DNA of 63,032 bases, counting the filler, from Choristocarpus tenellus KU-1152 (taxonomy: Eukaryota; Protista; Phaeophyceae): the NCBI GenBank assembly GCA_964200185.2. It is 11 parts of 11 records of this genome, joined end to end, with 100 filler letters (N's around TTAATTAATTAA, not from the genome) between each part and the next. Parts side by side here need not be neighbours in the genome. Positions count along the whole stretch, not along the records: positions 12,366 to 16,360 come from CAXNAD020016760.1; positions 16,461 to 20,170 come from CAXNAD020018378.1; positions 20,271 to 27,992 come from CAXNAD020005684.1; 8 more parts are not named here. One strand, written 5' to 3'. Position 1 is the stretch's first letter. The number at the start of each line of letters is the position of its first letter. The translations under genes were made by a program, and so were the position numbers. Below, in pieces: positions 13,861-25,423 of the stretch. A model generated the notes under the pieces. That model was not told where the DNA came from and ran no database searches. It saw only the letters and a program-made list of their open reading frames with translations.

Positions 13861-15377
13861 AAGGAGGCTGGTCACATGTGCGGTACTGGTCAGCTCACGG
13901 AAAAGGGCATACAACAGCATCTTGCACTAGGGGCCAGCTTCAGAAATGTGAGAAATTTGGTTTTTGTTTGAGGTTTTTAACTGAGGGTGTAGTGATGGTG
14001 TAGTGATGATGTTCTTGTTTGTGGGGATAGACGTTTTGTTGAAATGGACCAGTTAGTGAGTTCTTTGGACCTGGTACTTGGTACTTAGTAGATGAGCCAG
14101 CAGTGTAGTGTGTAGTGTTCCTGATCATGTGTTGGTATCATCCTCAACTGCTACAATGTATAAAATAAGGATTAATGGTGATGATAAACAATGATAGCAA
14201 TAGTAATAATAATAATAGTAGTGTGTGTTTGTGTGTGTGTGCCTGTCTGTGTGTTGTAAGAGCCAGTGTGGCATGTGGTGGCGTGTCTGTATTACTTTTT
14301 TATTTAATGCGTGTTGGTGTTAGTGTGTGTGTTGTGTGTGTACTGCAGCATCATTCCGAGTGAAAAGATAGTAGTACTAAGAGGTGATGTATAAGTACTA
14401 CCCTCTCTCTTGAATAGGATTGGTTTGAACGATTGTCTAGAACATAGTCTAAAGCATAGAGTGGTCTAGAACCTTCCCTTAGTTTGTAAGGTGAACTGTT
14501 GTGATGCTGTCTCTTGATGTACTGGTACTCTAGATATTTCCTTGTTCCACACCTTTGAAAGGCGAATGTATGTGTGATTTTTGTAGAGTTTGATTTTTAG
14601 TTTGAAAAGTACAGAACTAAATTTATAGGAGTGATAGAGTGGACAGCACGGTATGACCATGGAAGAGAGAACCAATTGCAGTGGTATGAAGCATTGAACA
14701 TACATACCATCTACGGTATGTATGTAAGTGTGTTGGTGGGGTATACCTTATTTTGTCACCTGTGCTCAAAATTAGCACGTTGCCGATTTTTTTTATCTAC
14801 TACCCTGAGTGAGAGGGGGTAACCAAGCTAGCTAGGCAGGATGTGAGTTTAACCCTAACCCTAACCCTTGGAAGTGTCCCGATAGCGATACGTGAGTGTG
14901 CTGTAATTGGTTGTACAAACAAACAAACAAAGTAAGTGCTTATGGTGTTTTACGGTATGTTTTTGTTTTGTGTGTGTGAGAAAGATTAATGTCACCACCT
15001 ACAGGGAAACGATGCAGCTTTCGTTGTGCTTGTTACATGGATGGCGTGTGTTTACTAGTTTATTTTATTTTCTGTGTTGTCATTTTTTTTTGTTTCTGCA
15101 GGAAATAAATAAATAAATACGGTTATTTTATTTTTTGTGTTCTGAGCGTTGATGGGTCGATTTTTGCGGCGATGCCTTCTCTTCTTTTTTTTTCAGGTCA
15201 TATATTTTTTTAATATTTCAAGAGTCAGATTTAATATATATATATATATATATATATATTTGGGTTAATTGATCCGCTGAACCGACATGACCTCAGGCGT
15301 ACTTGGACTTGTTTGGAGGTGAGCTGGACCCTAAAGAGGTTTATATCCGATCGACTGACTACACAAGAACATTGCAG
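13861..15377 (+). CDS. Histidine acid phosphatase, branch 2 (ACP6/lysosomal acid phosphatase-like), partial, 2 exons
   Basis: Exons 13861-13947 and 15297-15377 join in phase 0: CGTGQLTEKGIQQHLALGASFRNAYLDLFGGELDPKEVYIRSTDYTRTLQ. This contains the GQLT..G..Q...LG and Y.RSTD..RT signatures. Confidence 0.88.
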
Positions 15378-15383
15378 GTGTGT

Positions 15384-15445
15384 TATGTTGTGTGTTGTGT
15401 TGTGTTGTGTTGTGTTGTGTTGTGTTGTGTTGTGTTGTGTTGTGC
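15384..15445. repeat. (GTGTT)n microsatellite at intron start
   Basis: Direct observation. (GT)n and (GA)n tracts also at 15916-15969. Confidence 0.9.
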
Positions 15446-15911
15446 TTGTGTGTGTATAGAGAGAGGGTCATGTGGTGCAATTCTGTGACGTGAGTGTAGG
15501 CATGTGCAGATTTTTTTGTTTTTTAGTTTACTGTCTATAGTGGTGTGTGTTGAGATGTTTGAACACACACATTCGAAAGGAGGATGGATGGATGGTTGGT
15601 TGGATTGTTTGTTGACTGATGTGTGACATGATACAGTCAGTCTCCACGTACAGCAAACAACCAGTAATAGTCTTTTAAGAAAAGTTGACTATAGTATATG
15701 TAGATAATGCATGTGATGGGTGAAAAGACCTGATCGTGCACACACCGATTGTTTTTTATTTTTACTTCTATCGGGTTGGGTAGGGTTAGGGTTAGGGTTG
15801 CACAGTGGTGGGGTGATTGTTGCCTCTGAGAGGTGTCATCAAAGTCTCTAAGAGGTAAGACGGCGTCGAGACCAAGGGGTGTTCTGAGCACAATACAATA
15901 CACTTTTCAGG

Positions 15912-15953
<42 letters not shown>

Positions 15954-17176
15954 TGAGAGAGAGAGAGAGTGCAGAGAGATTGGAGGCGGGTTTGATACGC
16001 ATTGTAATGGCCATTCCATTACGCTTTGGCCAGTCCTCTCATCTCATCTCATCTCATCTCATCTTGAGATCTGGTGTGTGCGATGTGTCCATGACCATCA
16101 TAGAATGGCTCGTGCGTTTCTCGCGCGATGATTGGAGGAATAGTGAAGGTTATTGTTATTAATATTGTTTGTTGATGTTATTAATAATGTTATTAATATT
16201 GTTAATATTTTTATTAATATTGTTGTTAATATCGTGATGTATTGCAATGCGTTGCATGACTTTTTTTCGTAGACTTTTTTTTAATACATACATGCACACA
16301 ATTGTCTAATCACTAAAGGTGTTTTACAAACACATAGAGATGGGAGGGGAGAGGGGGGGGNNNNNNNNNNNNNNNNNNNNNNNNNNNNNNNNNNNNNNNN
16401 NNNNTTAATTAATTAANNNNNNNNNNNNNNNNNNNNNNNNNNNNNNNNNNNNNNNNNNNNCCTAGAGTATACAGGGGCAAAACTAATCCATATCCTGGAG
16501 GGAAGACCATGGAACAATACCCCAACTCTCCCCCCCCCCCCCCCCCCCCCATGCCCCGCCCCCGCCCCACCCCCTAGCCACATATACACCTGTACATGAA
16601 TGTGCATGCCCCACATAGGCCCCCATTGCTCATGTGTCCCCCACTATCAACAGGTCATTCTTGTTGCTGCTTACGGAGACTTCATTACTTTCCTTTCAAC
16701 ACCCACTACAGCAACTGCCTATTTCAATCATCAATAAAAAGTAATAAAAATAATAATAGTGAGATAATAGCAATACTTAAGAGAACAATACTTTCTTCTT
16801 CTTCTTCTTCAAAGAACATACTGACTGATTACTGAAAAAAGCTATAGATTTTCGGCACATAATCACATAATCCTTTTCACAGCTAAAAAAAAAAGTAACA
16901 TTTTTTTAATTGATTCCTTTCAACCCTATTGGTTGGTCACGACCCCATAAATAACCCTAACCCTACTCCAAACAATACCTCATGAAGAAGTTACATAAAT
17001 TGACAAAGCGGTTCCAACTCGTGGACTGAACAAACACCTCATGTTTCCAAGAGGAAAGGACATAATTATTCTGACTCCTTTCTGTGCGCCCCCCACCAAC
17101 AGAAACAAATCAGCCCACCCTCATTAATGACAAACATCCTTCTCCCCCCCCCCCTACTTTGTTGAAGAAACTGCAC

Positions 17177-20097
17177 CTGAACACCTCTGGGCTAGGGTAG
17201 GCTCGTTTCTTGGGGGTTGCACCCGAAGATTTTCTTTCTGCACACGCCTCCTCACAGAAGATCTCAACGGAAGTAAGGTGCTGACCCACCATGGAGGCGT
17301 GGTTCGACCCAAGGTTCTTCACCACTTCCTCTAGCTCCATCACCTTTCACCACAGAAAAAATACAAGAAACAAAAACACGCACACAAATACTTAACGCTT
17401 TTATGCCTGTATCCTGTATCCAAAAACCCTCTCATTGGACAAGAACAATACCGTTACTTCTTACATTATGTTTTCAGACAAACTAAGACTTCAGAAGGAT
17501 GTTCTCAAAACTTCCATTCAGTCCTTGGATATTAAAAAAAAATGGATCCAACGTTTAACAAGAAATAAAACGCACTGCTCGTGTGTGGTGTACAAAATAC
17601 CTACACCGTGATAAAAAAGAAAAAGAAAGTAGTAAAAAATATATATATATTTGCCACTTACCATTTTACTATACTGTAGCAACTGCAACGGCCGTCACTT
17701 CAAGACTGTGAGCAATGACAACCTTCCCTGAACACAAGTATGAGCAATAAACAAGTACGTTCTACATTAGAAACACAAAATAACTCCACTACCACAATAA
17801 ATACATAAATAATGTACATCTCAAAGATTTCCACCCAACACGACATGTCGCCGGCAGGCAATATTCCGTATCTATATATTAAAAAAAAATAGCTAAATCG
17901 TTTTTTGCACCAATTGTCATACAATTTCTTAAACAAAGCACACAAAAAACCCTGTACATCTCAATCAAGTTTTAAAAAAAAAATAAAAGGAGGAGTTACA
18001 AAACAGGACAACGAGGAGCCAAGAAAAAGTTTTAAAAAATTAAGTCGAAGTCCATCGCCAACACTACTACTATCACACCATATGTTTTCTGTTGTACCTT
18101 TCTGTTGTACTTTTTCTGTTATACCTTTCTGTTACACTTCTTCTGTTGTACTTTTTCTGTTATACCTTTCTGTTGTACTTTTTCTGTTATACCTTTATGT
18201 TGTACTTTTTCTGTTACACCTTTCTGTTGTACTTTTTCTGTTGTACCTTTCTGTTATACTTTTTCTGTTACACCTTTCTGTTGTACTTCTTCTGTTGTAC
18301 TTCTTCTGTTGTACCTTTCTGTTGTACTTTTTTTGTTGTACCTCTCTGTTGTGCTTTTCTGTTCTCCTTTGGTACTCACCTTCCCTTCCACTTCAGCTTG
18401 ACACTGCTCAACCACAGCCTCCATACCCAAGGCCAGCGTTCGACAGGTTTCTCCTGCAGTGCTGCTATCGGAGGATATATCCTTCACGGCGGTGGAGCAC
18501 TCCATAGACACAACCGTTATCGCCTCGGATGCCTTCTTGAGGTCCTCCTGTCAGACATCAATCACAGGGGCAGCAAAACAACAGCATCGGTGAAGGTGTT
18601 GACCCGGAATGAGATAGATGAAAAGTGAAGGGGGAGGGGGAAGAAGAGAGGAAAAAAAAACGGTGTTGATCTTGTATCGTATTGTTTGTACATGTTACAT
18701 AAATGTACTCATTAACAAATAAAAATTAACATCATCGGCATGAATATTATATTATTATTATATGAATATATATATATATAATAGATACGAATAATAATAA
18801 ACAATAAACGGGCTGTACACACGCACATGGGATGAAGGCAGGTGAATCGTGATAATCAATGGGCAAAAGCATCTTAACTCAGACTTCATTTTTTTTTTTA
18901 AATAGTGTATATATACTGTAACACCCACCGATTGCCATTACATTACGCACAAAAAAAAATCACCACCTCACCTGCAGCCCTGCACTGGCTTCATCAGAGC
19001 GTTCCACAACCGCAGCAAACGCCCCCTTCACTACGCCAGCCACATCATCTACACCCCTCAGGAGGCCCGATACCTCAGACGCACGTTTCTAAAAATAAAA
19101 AACAACGGGGATGGTGATGTCGGGAGAAGGGGGGTAAGGAAGGGGAGCATCAACCAAATAGACCAGTACGCAGTGGAAAAACCGGCTCTCTTTTGTATGT
19201 GCCAGGTCTTCAGCTGTCCTGTTCTTGCAACTTACTCTTTTCCACCTAGAGTAAGGACCCTTGATACGCCTTGTGTTTAGTTGCAATCACAGCCACTGTT
19301 GCTGGCACCGGCATTGGCAGCAAGCCACGTTAAGCAATACTGTGTAAAAAAAAAAAAATGGTTCGATCTTGCCACTTTCAACGCACGGGAGCTACATACT
19401 GCATTCAAAATCCTCGCCACCCAACGAACGCACACTGTACACTCTAACAAAACTTCCAACAAATAGAAATCTATTTACACCACCAGGTACTACTACTACT
19501 ACTACTATTACTACTACCACTACCACTACCACTACTACAAATAATAATACTACAATTAGTGGTACTATTACTAGTACTATTGATGCTACTAGTACTACAT
19601 TTAGTTGTTAATGCTTCGAAGTATCATCGTATCATGTAACACCTATTCGATTCCAAAGCAGTACAGAATAGCCCCACCATCTACACATGATACACTGTCA
19701 CCTAGGTCCCCTGTAAAATCAACACAGTTACAGACTACTAACCACCTACACTACACTCATACAGCACCCAGTGCCTCGCTGGATCTCAACATCTTGCCAA
19801 TAATCCACCCCTTTTTACCGTCCCTCCCACTTGATCCGTGAGTCATCACCCTACTGCATACCCTCCAACTAGTCCTCAAAAATTGAACATTTCAATGATC
19901 TCTTTCCCCCTTGAAAACAAACCTCTTGAATACCTTACCACAGTCAACAACATCCCTCCTCTACATAAACTTTCAGTCAGGGTTACCATCACCTTTCCGG
20001 CGTTTCCAATATCGCATGCCTCGTCGGCCAGCCTCTTGGACATTGTACTGCTCCACACCTGCGACTTCTCGTCCAACTCCATGACCTCTTTTGTCAC
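17177..20097 (-). CDS. KIF11: Kinesin-5 (BimC/KIF11-like) stalk and tail, partial, 4 exons
   Basis: Exons 20097-19939, 19088-18972, 18547-18380, 17343-17177 are GT-AG and join in phase 0. They encode helical stalk-like sequence ending SSGATPKKRAYPSP, which matches the BimC box (TGxTPxK/RR..Y.xP). No motor domain in this contig. Confidence 0.7.
18085..18365. repeat. Intronic pyrimidine-rich minisatellite (14-16 bp units, TTTCTGTTGTAC core)
   Basis: About 19 units; accounts for ORFs 17905-18507, 18092-18628 and 18105-18401. Confidence 0.9.
19488..19598. repeat. (ACT)n-type microsatellite
   Basis: Direct observation. Confidence 0.85.
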
Positions 20098-20312
20098 CTA
20101 TTTCAATACCAATGGAGGAACGGAGGAAGGAAGGACAAAGGCTTTTTGAAGGGTGTCAGAAGAAGGGGGGNNNNNNNNNNNNNNNNNNNNNNNNNNNNNN
20201 NNNNNNNNNNNNNNTTAATTAATTAANNNNNNNNNNNNNNNNNNNNNNNNNNNNNNNNNNNNNNNNNNNNACAATAACAGGACAATAGCTGAGGGGGGGG
20301 GGGGGGGGCGAG

Positions 20313-20351
<39 letters not shown>

Positions 20352-20652
20352 TTCACCGTCGGTTCCTTATGAAGAGTATACCCTGTTGGACATGTCAATT
20401 TCAGCTACTTGTCAAGAACAACCCTAACCCTAACCCTAACATGAGTCTAAATTGAGACACTTTCTATGCTTTAGTTGACACTATATGGTGATAGATTGAC
20501 TATCACCATTTCCTACAGTGTGTTTAATGCCTGTGCCTACAATACAACTCCATCCCTCCATTTCATTTTTTTTGTTTGTTTGTTAGGGAGTGAGTGTACC
20601 TATTGTCACAGTTGTTTTGAAAACATGAATTTTAATACTTTTAGTGACTGTC

Positions 20653-20778
20653 ACAATCTGTGACACTTGATGCAGTGATTGATTGTGGTTGGAGCACTTA
20701 CTGAAGTAGTAACAATCTGTGACACTACTTGATGCAGTGATTGATTGTGGTTGGAGCACCTACTGAAGTAGTAACAAT
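20653..20778. repeat. Tandem duplication of about 60 bp
   Basis: ACAATCTGTGACACT...TGGAGCAC(T/C)TACTGAAGTAGTAACAAT present twice. Confidence 0.85.
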
Positions 20779-20861
20779 ATGTCCGAGACAGATTGTTACT
20801 ACTACTCACTCAAGACTTGTTCTGAATGGTGTTAACAGTACTGTCACATTTTTTAATTGTA

Positions 20862-21014
20862 TACTGTAATGTAAGAAATAAAAATAAACAGTGAGATGTA
20901 ATAAGAAATAAATATAAACAGTCGGGCGAAATAAGAAATAAAAACAGTGAGATGTATCAAGAAATAAATATAAACAGTGAGGTGAATTAAGAAATAAAAA
21001 ATAGTGAGATGTAA
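20862..21014. repeat. Degenerate ~30-bp A-rich tandem repeat (AAGAAATAAATATAAACAGTGAGATGTAAT), about 5 copies
   Basis: Direct observation. Confidence 0.8.
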
Positions 21015-21088
21015 CTGACTACTTTTGTCACTCTTGACCAATAACCATCAGTGATCAGTACTGCTTGTGTGTGTATCACTGATCTTTG

Positions 21089-21410
21089 CTAGACATGTAC
21101 TAACTCACCTATCTAGTCGTGTACTAACCCTAACCCTATCTAGACATGTACTAACCCTAACCCTATCTAGTCATGTACTAACCCTAACCCTATCTAGTCA
21201 TGTACTAACCCTAACCCTATCTAGACATGTACTAACCCTAACCCTATCTAGTCATGTACTAACCCTAACCCTATCTAGACATGTACTAACCCTAACCCTA
21301 TCTAGTCATGTACTAACTCACCTATCTAGTCATGTACTAACCCTAACCCTATCTAGACATGTACTAACCCTAACCCTATCTAGACATGTACTAACTCACC
21401 TATCTAGTCA
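21089..21410. repeat. 27/24-bp satellite containing telomeric motif (CATGTACTAACCCTAACCCTATCTAGA), about 12 copies
   Basis: Tandem units; a 24-bp variant CATGTACTAACTCACCTATCTAGT is interspersed. Confidence 0.95.
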
Positions 21411-22333
21411 GTCAATCAACCAACAGCCAACTCTTACAATGTAATTGGCATTTAATGTAATAGTGCAATGTGATTGGGTTATATTTTTTTCACTTTTATA
21501 CCCCAACCCTAGTCTCTTTTTTTTTAGTGCAAAGGGATTGTGCAAACTAAAAGTACCCTCTGCTCTAATGTGATTGGTCGAAATGATCAGTGAAACTGTC
21601 GCTATTGGTGAAAGTTACATACATATATTTTTTTATATTTATATATATAGATACAGATATATAGAGAGAGATAGTTGGAGGTGTAGTACTAGATATCAGT
21701 AAGAGTATTAGCATTAATATTAATATTGTATTGTTGAAGTTAATGTGGGCATTGTTCAAGGTAGGGTTATGGATATGGAATGGTCATTGTCACAAACACT
21801 CTCGGCTCCTGTGAGAGATATTACATCTATACTTTTATTTGGTAGGGTTAGGGTTATAGGGTTAGGGTTAGATGTATTGGCGTGGTGGGTCGTAAATAGG
21901 TTCTACAGGAAAATTGTATTGTATTGCTACCTTGATCCAGGAACGATTCAGGAAAGTTCTTGCTATGATTGCTACATTTGCTGAAGCAAAGCCTGACCTT
22001 GTTGAGGCATATTGCTCCTACATCTCCTTTCCATCCTTCAACAGAAATATTTCATTCTTGCAATGAGTACGTTTTTCTCCAAGTACTGGGATGGGTTACA
22101 CCAGTTTCTAGAGTATGCCAGAGTATATAATGTATTGTTATTATTATCACTATTAGTATTATCATAGAAATGATGTCGTACCATATTGGGTTTGTTTGCT
22201 TGATTAGGGTGTTGCTTTAGTTCCTCTAGGCGTGAATTTGTTGTAAAAGAAAGAAAAAATGAGAAAAAATGTGAAGAGTGCACCGCTACTGATAAAAAAA
22301 CATTGCAATGTTTTTTTCAGATAGACACAAAAT

Positions 22334-22720
22334 GTTTGTATCTTATTTATATCTTGTTTATATCCTACCTGTATCCTGTTTATATCTTATTTGCATCTTG
22401 TCTACACCTTGTTTATTTTACTTATATCTTGTCTTTATCTTATTTGTATCTTATCTGTATCTTTTTTGTATTTTATTTATATCTTGTTTGTATCCTGTTT
22501 ATATTCTGTTTGTATCTTACTTGTATCTTGTTTATATCTTATTTTGTTTTAGTTATATTGTGTTTATATTCCTGTTTATATCCTGTCTATATCTTATTTT
22601 ATTTTAGTTGTATTTTGTTATATTGTGTTTATATTCCTGTTTATATCCTGTCTATATCTTATTTATATCTTATTTATATCTTAATTATATCTAGTGTATG
22701 TCGTGTTTGTATCCTGTTGT
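22334..22720. repeat. T-rich low-complexity repeat (TTATATCTTGT-like units)
   Basis: Accounts for hydrophobic spurious ORFs 22303-22722 and 22308-22607. Confidence 0.8.
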
Positions 22721-23306
22721 AGGATGGTTGTAATAGTTTGAGAAATTTAATAGAAATTTAATACCTGGATTCCACTTTTGAGGGTTAACCACCTCTATCG
22801 CCATGATGATAGAGACACCAACAAGCCACACATGTCAGCACAATAAATAATGCTGTATGCAAGAGTGGTAGGGCACTGAGGGGCATATGCCAATATTTTT
22901 TTCTTAAGGGGATGCATGTGTTGCTCCTACCTCAAACATTATGTTTTACTGCCATACAGGTACACATACACACATACACACAATACACACATACACAAGT
23001 TGTGTATTTCTACTCTCTCAGTTCGTCCTTGCCTTTGTTGCCAGGCAATAGATCATTAGCGCACGGGTTTGTATGTCTTGGACATGTGTAGTAATGGAGT
23101 GTAATTTATCTAACCTTAACCTTAAACCTTAACATACTATATTATGTATGTTGTGGCACTACTGTATGAACCCTAACCCTAACCCTAACTGTAGTGTACT
23201 ACGTTATGTTATTGTATCAATTAGTAGTAGTAGTAGAATTCTACCTCTGGACCGCATTGCACTTGTCTATTAATGGTGTTGTACTCTCACATGCACCAGT
23301 TCATAT

Positions 23307-23403
23307 CAATAGTGTTATTGTACCACTCTACAATAGTGTTATTGTACCACTCTACAATAGTGTTATTGTACCACTCTACAATAGTGTTATTGTACCACTC
23401 TAC
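23307..23403. repeat. 24-bp minisatellite (CAATAGTGTTATTGTACCACTCTA) x4
   Basis: Perfect tandem copies. Confidence 0.95.
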
Positions 23404-23802
23404 TACAGCACCACCATATAGATAGAAAATAAAATAAAATAAAAGGGGACCTGCCCCGAGCAACTCCAGACTGTATCACACCACTGTATCTCACCGCTGT
23501 ATCTCACCACTCCAATGTTGGTGAACAGTTTTGTTTGTGACATAGTGGTGTTCCACATTTTGGCCTCTCCTGCGAACCTCCAACAACACAGTCCTACGCA
23601 TTGGTACTGACTGGCAAAGGCTATTGCTTTTGCTTGGGGCAATATCAGGCTTCCACCATGCCCGACGCATTTGCTTCCCATATCTACTACTATACTATGT
23701 TCTGATGAAAGATCAACCCTATGCTACTGACTGGATGCCCTTATCTGTGTGTGTGTGTGTGTGTGTGTGTTGTGTGTGTTATGTCCATCAAAAAGGATCC
23801 AG

Positions 23803-24814
23803 TATTGATGGTGGCTGCCTCTGCTTTGTACTCCGAACTGGCTTCTACTCTTTCCAGGGGGATCTTCGAAGGATGATTGACTTTGGCAGTGATGGGGCAC
23901 TACGAGCAAACTCCAAGGATGCAGGTGTGTTGGTGCTAATATGGTGTAATATCTCTTCATATTTATTATTTTACATTATTGCCGTTCTTTAATCATAACA
24001 AAAAATGAAAGGGATCTATTGTTAATAGATAATTCAATACGTATGACTGTCTGTGCAAGAAGCTACTCCCTCTGTTTTGGTGTTTTAATGTGCACTGCTA
24101 CCATGTAAACTTGATTGCTTTGCCTTGTTGTCCTATTGACCGCCATTATTGACTTTGCATTGGCGGAATGAAGCATCTACAAGGTTATCATGTAGCAGGC
24201 TGCTAATCCATCACCCCACCCTCCCTCCCTCTCTTGGGTGTTGATCTTTTTAATCCTTTCCAGTCATTAGTAAATTAAAAAGAGAAATCATTTGGGGGTT
24301 TATCCCATAGTTGTGATGCATAGGTGAAGTGTTAATGGAGATGAAACACCAGTGGTATGCTTACGTTGTCATGTAAGACTCATTGACTTTAATTACAGAT
24401 GTGTCTATAGAATTGCCTGTAAGACTCATTGACCCAGTGGGATGCCAGTTAACCCTAACCCTAACCCTAACCCTAACCCTAACCCTGGCCTTCGATGCGT
24501 GTTCTCGCCTGGTATAATATTTATTTTGGTAAGACCTTGGTGGCGTGGTTTCCTTTTGATTTTTTGTGGTTGAAGGTTTGAAAGAGCGGTTTAGGTTTGA
24601 AATGGTTAGGGTTAGGTTTGAAACTATAGATGATGAACGATTGAAATATAATATACTCCTCACACACAGCTCACTCCTCTCCCATTGTAATGTTGTTCTA
24701 TTCGCTATCATTATTCTTTATTCTTATTCTATTCTTCCCTTTTACTGGGAAGATAACATATTTTTGCTCTCTATGGTCTGATGTAAATGGACCTGTGCTT
24801 TGAATAATAGCGTA

Positions 24815-24864
<50 letters not shown>

Positions 24865-25387
24865 TAACAAGGAAGAATGGGTACAGGTAGAGTAGATAGG
24901 AATGGATAGAGAAAAAATCAATAAAATCAAAGAGGGAAACTCCAAAACTCCAACCCTTTTTTGGGTAGGTTCATTTTCAAGGGCGGCGCCTTGGGGTTTG
25001 TTCTGGTTGTTCTGGTTGTTCTGGTTGTTCTGGTTGTTCTGGTTGCTTGGTACCTTTGATGGCCTATTGTGGTGACCAAGGTCCTCAGTCCTTACCATTT
25101 CTGTTTGCAAGATTCTCATCAATTATGTTACAGATGATCAGATGTTTGTAAGAATTTAATTATTACTTACTCTCGGAGTGATCCTTAGATGTTGTTGCAG
25201 GCTTGAGTTCGCCTCCTTGACCCACTCAGTCGACAATCCTCCTCTCCCTGCCTGAGAATAGGGGCAACCACTCGAATTCTTGATTGCAACGACCTCCCCA
25301 TCATAACCAACTTACTGTCACCATTTAGTTATGAGTTGTTAAAGTAATCGCCATTTAGGTACATACATACATACATACATACATACG

Positions 25388-25423
<36 letters not shown>

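Noticed and set aside
16650-16720. Possible further kinesin exon (AVAVVGVERKVMKS)
   Set aside because: Phase does not match the best donor of the preceding exon; no motif support.
17905-18628. Hydrophobic and Cys-rich + strand ORFs
   Set aside because: Translation of an intronic minisatellite plus the antisense of a kinesin exon.
21941-22006. Exon-like ERFRKVLAMIATFAEAKPDLVE after a CAG
   Set aside because: Only a poor GC donor, no similarity to P5A ATPase, and phase does not fit the downstream exon.
24450-24486. True chromosome end
   Set aside because: Only about 6 units, internal to a contig and inside an intron.
25201-25220. Short terminal exon (GLSSPP*) after a CAG
   Set aside because: The 23924 donor joins far better to 27683, which continues the P5A ATPase similarity.
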